Notes under the pieces: generated by a model | Databases searched by the model: none | What the model saw: the letters and a program-made list of their open reading frames with translations, nothing else | Told to the model about the DNA's origin: nothing | Shown here: positions 23,603 through 30,053 of the stretch, in pieces | Position numbering within the stretch: position 1 is the first letter of the stretch | Layout of the letters: every line of letters starts with the position of its first letter | Program-made: the position numbers and the translations under genes | Assembly: GCA_945861645.1 (NCBI GenBank) | Contig: CAMAVZ010000019.1 | Span: 1-37,245, forward strand | Length of the DNA stretch: 37,245 nt | From: Opitutus sp. GAS368 | GTDB taxonomy: Bacteria > Verrucomicrobiota > Verrucomicrobiia > Opitutales > Opitutaceae | Reading direction: 5' to 3'

Positions 23603-24627
23603 AAATTGCCGCGCTGCAGCTATCGACCGGCCATAATTATTTTGGCCACCACGGCCGCCCCCCGGACGAACATCCGATGACCGCTGCGACCACCGTCGAT
23701 TGTCTCGCCGGCCGCGGCTTGCGCGGCGATCGCTTTCTCGACTATAAGCCCGCTTACGCTGGACAAATCACCTTCTTCGCCGAAGAAGTCCATCAAGCCC
23801 TCCTCGGCGCGCTCCAGCCCCCGCCGCGATCCGCCGCCGCCTATCGCCGCAACGTGATCACGCGGGGCGTCGATCTCAACGGCTTGATTGGCCAGGAATT
23901 TACCGTGCAAGGAATTCGTTTTGGGGGAACGGCTGAATGCAAACCCTGCTACTGGATGGAACAGGCCATCGGCCTAGGGGCGGAAGCTTGGTTGCGCGAT
24001 CGTGGCGGGCTGCGGGCTAAAATTTTAACTGACGGCCCTCTCCACGTCGACTGCGCGACGGCCGCCGGCTTGCTTCTCGCCGGCGGACACTCGCGCCGCA
24101 TGGGTACCGATAAAGCTCAGCTCGATTGGCACGGTCGCCCCTTAATTGAACACCAAGCGGGCACGCTCGCCGCCACCGGCGCATGGCCCCTCCTGCTCTC
24201 GTGTCGGCCAGAGCAAAGCGCGACGCCCGCCGGCTTTCAACGAATCGAAGATCAATCACCCGAGGGCGGAGCGCTCCGCGCCTTCGTGGATGCACTGAGC
24301 GCCGCCTCGGCCCCCGTGCTCACCGTGTTAGCCGTCGACCTTCCGTTGGTGACGGCTGATTTTTTAGCGCGACTTACTGGGCAAGCCCGCGATGCCGCCG
24401 TTTCCGTAGTTCCCCAACACGCCGACCGGTATGAGCCGATGGCGGCAGCGTGGCACCGGTCTGCCCTGCCCGGGTTGCGCGCGGCGCTCGCGACCGGCCA
24501 ATCGTTGCAACAAGCTTGCGCCATTTTACAGACGCAGAATCTCCTCCAATCGCACCCACTCACCCCGAACGAGATTACGCTGCTGACCAATCTCAATCGG
24601 CCAAGCGACCGCGCGCAGATTATATGA
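23599..24627 (+). CDS. MOSC-domain / molybdenum cofactor guanylyltransferase (MobA-like) fusion protein
   Basis: N-half: GRGLRGDRF, QITFF, RRNVITRGVDLNGLIGQEF, CKPCYWM, GGLRAKIL (MOSC). C-half: GLLLAGGHSRRMGTDKA, LAVDLP, YEPMAAAW, NLNRPSD (MobA NTP-transferase). ATGA overlap with the fdhD stop. Confidence 0.87.
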   Translation: MKIAALQLSTGHNYFGHHGRPPDEHPMTAATTVDCLAGRGLRGDRFLDYKPAYAGQITFFAEEVHQALLGALQPPPRSAAAYRRNVITRGVDLNGLIGQEFTVQGIRFGGTAECKPCYWMEQAIGLGAEAWLRDRGGLRAKILTDGPLHVDCATAAGLLLAGGHSRRMGTDKAQLDWHGRPLIEHQAGTLAATGAWPLLLSCRPEQSATPAGFQRIEDQSPEGGALRAFVDALSAASAPVLTVLAVDLPLVTADFLARLTGQARDAAVSVVPQHADRYEPMAAAWHRSALPGLRAALATGQSLQQACAILQTQNLLQSHPLTPNEITLLTNLNRPSDRAQII

Positions 24628-24646
24628 TGAGAGCCGAGGGCATCGC

Positions 24647-24676
24647 TTGACGCTGCCCGCCGTCCCTTCCTACGCT
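24647..24676 (+). promoter_or_regulatory. Candidate sigma70 promoter for parC
   Basis: TTGACG-N18-TACGCT, ending 19 nt before the ATG at 24696. Confidence 0.55.
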
Positions 24677-24695
24677 CTGCCCACAATTTTTCCTA

Positions 24696-26843
24696 ATGGC
24701 AAAACGCAAGTCCTCCAAAAACTCCGACCAGCCCGAATTGCCCCTCGACAGCACGGTGGTGCCCATCCCCACGAAGGCCGAGCCGACCCCAGACCCTAAG
24801 TCAGCTCCGACCGTACCCAACGCCGATCGCGATTCCGCCACTGAAACCACTGCGATCGAGCCACCCCCGCCCCGCAAGAAAGGCCAAAAAGTGCAGGATG
24901 ATAAAGCGCCGTTAGCCCAACATTATCGCAACTGGTTCCTGGAGTACGCGAGCTACGTAATTCTTGATCGTGCCGTGCCGCATATTGATGACGGCTTAAA
25001 ACCCGTGCAGCGCCGTATTCTCCACACCTTGTGGGAAATGGATGACGGCCGTTTTCACAAAGTAGCGAATGTGGTCGGCCGTACCATGGCCTTTCACCCG
25101 CACGGCGACGCCTCTATCGGCGCCGCCCTGGTGGCCATCGGCCAACGCGCCTTCCTGATCGAGCCTCAAGGTAATTATGGCAATATGCTGACCGGCGATG
25201 AGGCCGCCGCACCTCGTTATATTGAAGCACGCCTGACGCCGTTCGCAAAGGATGTCCTCTTTAATCCGAAGACCACCACTTGGCAGCTCAGCTACGACGG
25301 CCGCGCCAAAGAACCCGTCACGCTACCCGCCAAATTCCCCATCGTGCTTCTCGAGGGCGCCGAGGGCATCGCCGTTGGTCTCGCGACCAAGATCCTGCCG
25401 CATAATTTCAACGATCTGTGCCGTGCGGCGATTAATCATCTCCAAGGAAAAACTTTCCGCATCTTCCCTGACTTTCCGACTGGGGGCGTGGCTGACTTCG
25501 CCGAATACAACGATGGCGAACGCGGCGGTAAGGTTAAAGTCCGGGCCCAAATCGAAGTGCGCAGTAAAAATCTGCTGGCCATCACGCAGCTCCCATTCGG
25601 CGCGACGACCGAAACTTTAATTGAGTCGATTCTCTCCGCTAACGCTAAGGGCAAAATTAAGATTAAGCACGTCGATGATAACACCGCCGATGCCGTAGAG
25701 ATTTTGGTTCATCTGCCCGCGGGCAGCGATCCGGAGCAAATCATCCAGCAGCTTTATGTATTCACCAACTGCCAGCTGCAGCTCAACCCTGCGGCGTGCG
25801 TGATCGAAGACGACAAACCGCAATTCCTCGGCGTCCGCGAAATCCTGAAACGCAGCGCGGAGAAAACTAAAGCGCTGCTCAAGCAGGAACTGGAAATCAA
25901 ACTCGCCGAACTGGATCAGCAGTGGCACTGGGACTCCCTCGAGCGTATTTTCATCGAAGAGCGCATTTATCGCCTCATCGAAAAGTCAAAAACGTGGGAG
26001 AGCGTGCTCGCTGAAATTCGCGGGGGCCTCCAACCGTTCATCAAACAACTCCGCCGGGCCATCACCGATGAGGATATCACGCGCCTCACGGAGATCCGTA
26101 TCAAACGGATTTCGGCCTATAATCGCTTTCAAGCGGATGAGGCCCTCAAGAAAATTGAAACGGGCATGCAGGAGACGAAGGTCAACCTCAAGAATCTCAC
26201 CGCTTACGCCGTCGCTTGGTTCGAGCTGCTCCAAGAAAAATACGGCAAGGGCCTCAAACGCCGCACCAGCTATGATGAGATTGCGCAGATTGATGCCTCC
26301 GAGGTCGTCTCGGCTAACCAACGCCTCTACGTCAATCGCGAGGATGGCTTTATTGGTCTGAATTGGCGGCAGCACGAATTTGTGCAGGAGTGCACGATCC
26401 TCGATAGCGTGCTCACCCTCATGGCTGATGGGGGCCTTAAAGTCTCTAAAGTAGCCGATAAAATTTTCATGGGCCGCGAAATCCTGCATGTAGCGATCTT
26501 CCCAAAGGACGGCGACACGGCGTTCTACACCATGATTTATCAGGACAAGGAATCAGGCAAAGCCTTCGCCAAAAAATTCCAAATCGGCGGGCTCTCCCGC
26601 GATAAACTTTACCCGCTGGTCAAAAGCGAAGGTTCTCGCGTGCTGTACCTCGAAGTCAGCGCTCAGGCGAAACTGATGCCAAAGACCGTGCGCATTGCCC
26701 TCGATGGCCGCAGCGGTGCGCGCATTCGTGAATTTGATTTTGATCTGACCGCCGTCCCGGTGAGCACCCGGACCGCCAAGGGCCTCACCATTACCAAGTG
26801 GAACATCAAAGAAGTTAAGCGCGTCGATCTCGCGCTGAAATAG
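24696..26843 (+). CDS. parC: DNA topoisomerase IV subunit A
   Basis: YASYVILDRAVPHIDDGLKPVQRRIL, HPHGDASI, QGNYG, AAAPRYIEARL (catalytic Tyr), GIAVGLATKILPHN, PDFPTGG; no GyrA-box seen; partner parE lies upstream. Confidence 0.88.
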   Translation: MAKRKSSKNSDQPELPLDSTVVPIPTKAEPTPDPKSAPTVPNADRDSATETTAIEPPPPRKKGQKVQDDKAPLAQHYRNWFLEYASYVILDRAVPHIDDGLKPVQRRILHTLWEMDDGRFHKVANVVGRTMAFHPHGDASIGAALVAIGQRAFLIEPQGNYGNMLTGDEAAAPRYIEARLTPFAKDVLFNPKTTTWQLSYDGRAKEPVTLPAKFPIVLLEGAEGIAVGLATKILPHNFNDLCRAAINHLQGKTFRIFPDFPTGGVADFAEYNDGERGGKVKVRAQIEVRSKNLLAITQLPFGATTETLIESILSANAKGKIKIKHVDDNTADAVEILVHLPAGSDPEQIIQQLYVFTNCQLQLNPAACVIEDDKPQFLGVREILKRSAEKTKALLKQELEIKLAELDQQWHWDSLERIFIEERIYRLIEKSKTWESVLAEIRGGLQPFIKQLRRAITDEDITRLTEIRIKRISAYNRFQADEALKKIETGMQETKVNLKNLTAYAVAWFELLQEKYGKGLKRRTSYDEIAQIDASEVVSANQRLYVNREDGFIGLNWRQHEFVQECTILDSVLTLMADGGLKVSKVADKIFMGREILHVAIFPKDGDTAFYTMIYQDKESGKAFAKKFQIGGLSRDKLYPLVKSEGSRVLYLEVSAQAKLMPKTVRIALDGRSGARIREFDFDLTAVPVSTRTAKGLTITKWNIKEVKRVDLALK

Positions 26844-26888
26844 CCTCAGCCCGGCGGCAAATTCCGCCCACTGAAACACAAGGCATGC

Positions 26889-26950
26889 GCGGTCGCCCTC
26901 TCGCTCGAAGCGGTCCAAGCGACCATGCAGGCTAGCGCAAAAGCGACCGC
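26889..26950. repeat. Palindromic element between convergent parC and ALDH genes (REP-like or bidirectional terminator)
   Basis: GCGGTCGC (26889-96) pairs with GCGACCGC (26943-50); internal CGCT/AGCG and GGTC/GACC pairs. Confidence 0.5.
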
Positions 26951-26980
26951 CGGCCGATAAATTATACTAGCCGATCACCC

Positions 26981-28564
26981 TCAATCCCCAAACACGATCC
27001 CTTGAGCCAGCGGCAAGGTAGCGGAGTAGTTAATCGTCGCAGTCTGGCGACGCATGTAAGCCTGCCAGGCATCCGATCCGCTTTCACGGCCACCGCCGGT
27101 TTCCTTCTCGCCCCCGAAGGCCCCCCCAATCTCGGCTCCACTGGTGCCAAGATTAACGTTGGCGATCCCGCAATCACTACCCCGGGCGGATAAAAACTTC
27201 TCCGCCTCGCGCAGATCAGTCGTGAAGATCGCTGAGCTCAAGCCCTGCGGCACGCCGTTCTGCAGAGCAATCGCTTCGTCCAAGGTGCGGTAGCTCAAAA
27301 TATATAAAAGCGGCGCAAACGTTTCCTGCTGCACCACGGCCCATTCATTTTTCGCCTCAGCCATACAGGGCATCACATACAATCCACCCGGATACGCTTT
27401 CCCGGTTAAGCGCTGGCCGCCAAATAATATCTTACCGCCGCGCTTTTTGATTTCCGCCACCGCCTTCAGCATGGCTTGCACCGCTCGCGCATCGATCAGC
27501 GGGCCGACTAAATTATCCGCTCCCAGCGGATTGCCGATCGCCAATTGTTGATAAGCGGCGATCAGCGCGGCCACAAAATCAGCCTTGATCGACTCATGGA
27601 TAATCAGCCGCCGCGTACTCGTGCAGCGCTGACCAGCCGTGCCCACCGCCCCAAAAAGAATGCCGCGCAGCGCCAATTTGCGATCGGCGGAGGGCGCGAT
27701 AATAATGGCATTGTTCCCCCCGAGCTCGAGGAGTGTCCGACCAAAACGCTGGGCGAGGACCGTGCCCACGCGCCGACCCATCGCCGTTGAGCCCGTCGCC
27801 GAAACTAGGGGCAGACGGCGATCGTGCGTCAGCCGTTCTCCAATCGCTGGACCGGCGCCGATCACGAGCGAAAATATCGCGGGGTCGACGCCATTGGCGC
27901 GGCAGACTTTTTCGGCAATTTTAATGCAAGCGATCGCGGTCAGCGGAGTTTTCTCCGAGGGCTTCCACACGGTGGCGTCACCACAAGTAACGGCCAACGC
28001 ACTGTTCCAGGCCCACACCGCGACCGGAAAATTAAAGGCCGAAATAATTCCAACCACGCCGAGTGGTTGCCACTGCTCCAGCATGCGATGATCGGGACGC
28101 TCGGAGGCGATCGTCAGACCGTACAATTGGCGGGATAACCCCGTCGCAAAATCGCAAATATCGATCATCTCCTGCACCTCGCCCTCACCTTCAGCTAAAA
28201 TCTTGCCGGTCTCCAAGGTGACGAGTTGCCCGAGCTCAGTCTTCCGCTGGCGCAGCGCATTACCGAGTTGGCGGACAATCTCACCGCGCTTCGGCGCCGG
28301 CACATTACGCCATTCGAGAAAAGCCTGCTGCGCCGCCGCCACGGTCCGCTCATAATCAGCGGGCGACGCCGACCGAACGCGGCCCAGCCGGGAGCCATCG
28401 ATGGGCGAGCGTTTATCGAGCACGGCGCCGCTGCCGCCCCAGGTGCCGGAGAAGACACCGGCGTTGACGGATTTCAGCGTAAGGCCGAGTTTGGGTAAAA
28501 TCGCCTTGGCCACGGCAAGGGCGGAAGCCTGATTAGCGGAGGCGATGGAAGAGGATTTAGCCAT
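26981..28564 (-). CDS. Aldehyde dehydrogenase family 7 (piperideine-6-carboxylate / aminoadipate-semialdehyde dehydrogenase, AmaB/Pcd-like)
   Basis: PAPKRGEIVRQ, EGEGEVQEMIDICDFATGLSRQLYG, ISAFNFPVAVWAWN, LELGGNNA (Glu), GTAGQRCT (Cys), GAEIGGAFGGEKETGGGRESGSD, LPLAQGI: ALDH7 signatures. Confidence 0.93.
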   Translation of the reverse strand: MAKSSSIASANQASALAVAKAILPKLGLTLKSVNAGVFSGTWGGSGAVLDKRSPIDGSRLGRVRSASPADYERTVAAAQQAFLEWRNVPAPKRGEIVRQLGNALRQRKTELGQLVTLETGKILAEGEGEVQEMIDICDFATGLSRQLYGLTIASERPDHRMLEQWQPLGVVGIISAFNFPVAVWAWNSALAVTCGDATVWKPSEKTPLTAIACIKIAEKVCRANGVDPAIFSLVIGAGPAIGERLTHDRRLPLVSATGSTAMGRRVGTVLAQRFGRTLLELGGNNAIIIAPSADRKLALRGILFGAVGTAGQRCTSTRRLIIHESIKADFVAALIAAYQQLAIGNPLGADNLVGPLIDARAVQAMLKAVAEIKKRGGKILFGGQRLTGKAYPGGLYVMPCMAEAKNEWAVVQQETFAPLLYILSYRTLDEAIALQNGVPQGLSSAIFTTDLREAEKFLSARGSDCGIANVNLGTSGAEIGGAFGGEKETGGGRESGSDAWQAYMRRQTATINYSATLPLAQGIVFGD

Positions 28565-28579
28565 ATGATTTGGTTCCAG

Positions 28580-28631
28580 TGGAGGGTCCAGCTCTCGCTG
28601 GGCCGCGGCTCAGGGGGAGCTGAGCCCTCCA
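28580..28631. repeat. REP-like GC-rich palindrome inside the lysDH-ALDH operon
   Basis: TGGAGGGTCCAGCTCTC...GGGAGCTGAGCCCTCCA forms an imperfect stem of about 17 bp with no U-tract. Confidence 0.65.
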
Positions 28632-28643
28632 ATTGCGAATTGA

Positions 28644-29720
28644 TTAATTTCCATACACCTTACCCCCCCATTGGGTGCCGAGAAAGCTTGCAAGCGAAAC
28701 GGACTCCTGTTGCACGAAACCCGGGCCGAGTTTGCCCTGCGCGAACAGCTCGAGCACGCCGACAATGCCGGCAGCGGTGGTGAGCTGGATGGCGTTGAGC
28801 TTGCGGCCGTGGATCGTGTCGCCGTGCATCTTCTTGATAAAGCTGCGCTGCTTCAGGCCGCCGGCGGCATCATTGCCAACTACATTCACATAAAATACCA
28901 CGACATCGGACTCAGTCAGCGGGACCTCTTGATCAAAGATTTGCGTGACGAGCTCCTGACGGGGCGCGAGATTGAGATCCTGGAGCAGAAACTTCATCAA
29001 GTCGCGGTGGCCGGGATAACGCATGGTCTTGTAATTTAGGCTACCCACCTTGCCGGCGAAGGTCTGGCACATGGTCGCCACTCCGCCGGAGGTATTGAAT
29101 GCCTCATACTCGGTGCCGTCTATCGTGATGCGCTCTACGCCGTCGAGCGGCATGGTCGTCACGAGTTTGCCGTCGTGTAATGCTTGGCCGACCTGACAAT
29201 ATTCATTGATCAAGCCGGCGGTACTCCAGCTGAGATAATATTTCATCTGGTTGCTTGCGTTGAGTGGGAGTGCGCCAACGCGCATCTCGCAATTGCGCAC
29301 CTGCGCCAGTGACGAAGCCAGCGCGCCGCCCACAATATTAATGGCCCCAGGCGCAAGGCCGCACTGCGGCATGAAGGTGGCCTGCGGTGCCTTCCTCGCT
29401 AATTTCTTAATGTAGGTTGTTGTCGCGACGTCCTCCGTGAGGTCGAAGTAACTAACCCCAGCCTCGGCGCAAGCGCGGGCAATGGCCTGATTGAGAAAAT
29501 AAGGAGCCGCGCTGACCACGACATCGTGGCGGGCAACAAAGGCGGCAAGTTGGGCCGGCTGCTTGACGTCCACAGGGACAAACTTAGATTTTCTCAGCCC
29601 AGTGAGGTCAATGTTGGTACGAGCGTCAGCGAGGATGACACTTTTGCAAAACCTGCAGGACTCGAGGACGGTGGCGATCGTCCCGCCAATTTTGCCCGCG
29701 CCAACAATCCCTATTTTCAT
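28644..29720 (-). CDS. Saccharopine dehydrogenase family protein, probable L-lysine 6-dehydrogenase
   Basis: Rossmann GAGKIG, YFDLTEDV, PQCGLAPG, RVGALP, WSTAGLINEY, YEAFNTSGG, YKTMRYPGH, AIQLTTA; directly upstream of ALDH7. Confidence 0.85.
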   Translation of the reverse strand: MKIGIVGAGKIGGTIATVLESCRFCKSVILADARTNIDLTGLRKSKFVPVDVKQPAQLAAFVARHDVVVSAAPYFLNQAIARACAEAGVSYFDLTEDVATTTYIKKLARKAPQATFMPQCGLAPGAINIVGGALASSLAQVRNCEMRVGALPLNASNQMKYYLSWSTAGLINEYCQVGQALHDGKLVTTMPLDGVERITIDGTEYEAFNTSGGVATMCQTFAGKVGSLNYKTMRYPGHRDLMKFLLQDLNLAPRQELVTQIFDQEVPLTESDVVVFYVNVVGNDAAGGLKQRSFIKKMHGDTIHGRKLNAIQLTTAAGIVGVLELFAQGKLGPGFVQQESVSLASFLGTQWGGKVYGN

Positions 29721-29881
29721 AAAAAGTTATTGCTTAGGGATTGAACAAGGCGAGGGGCGTTACGTTGCGCGCGCTGAATCAACGCCGAAAGCCCGCCTCG
29801 AGTGAGAGTGATCAATGCGGTCATAACAGTCGGGGAGTTGGGGTTTTCTGGCTGGCACGAGGACAGGATAGGAATTTTAAT

Positions 29882-29892
29882 TTATGACATAA
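29882..29892. promoter_or_regulatory. Candidate operator palindrome in divergent promoter region
   Basis: TTATG-A-CATAA in an AT-rich patch between divergent genes. Confidence 0.3.
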
Positions 29893-30053
29893 GCCACCAG
29901 CCACTCCCATCCAAGCTTGTTCTTACCTCCCGCATAGTCAAAAGGCGCATAACTCATACTTCTGAGCCACCATGGCCAACCCTCTAAACTACACGCTATT
30001 CATCGAGAGGCTCGCAAAATTTGCGCGTTAATCATAGCTTATCCCCGAATCAT

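Noticed and set aside
29721-30000. Possible lysine riboswitch upstream of the lysDH-like gene
   Set aside because: Only a loose AGAGG is present on the minus strand; I could not find the AGAGGUGC...GCCGAA...CUGUC...GCGCU framework. An Infernal/Rfam scan would settle it.
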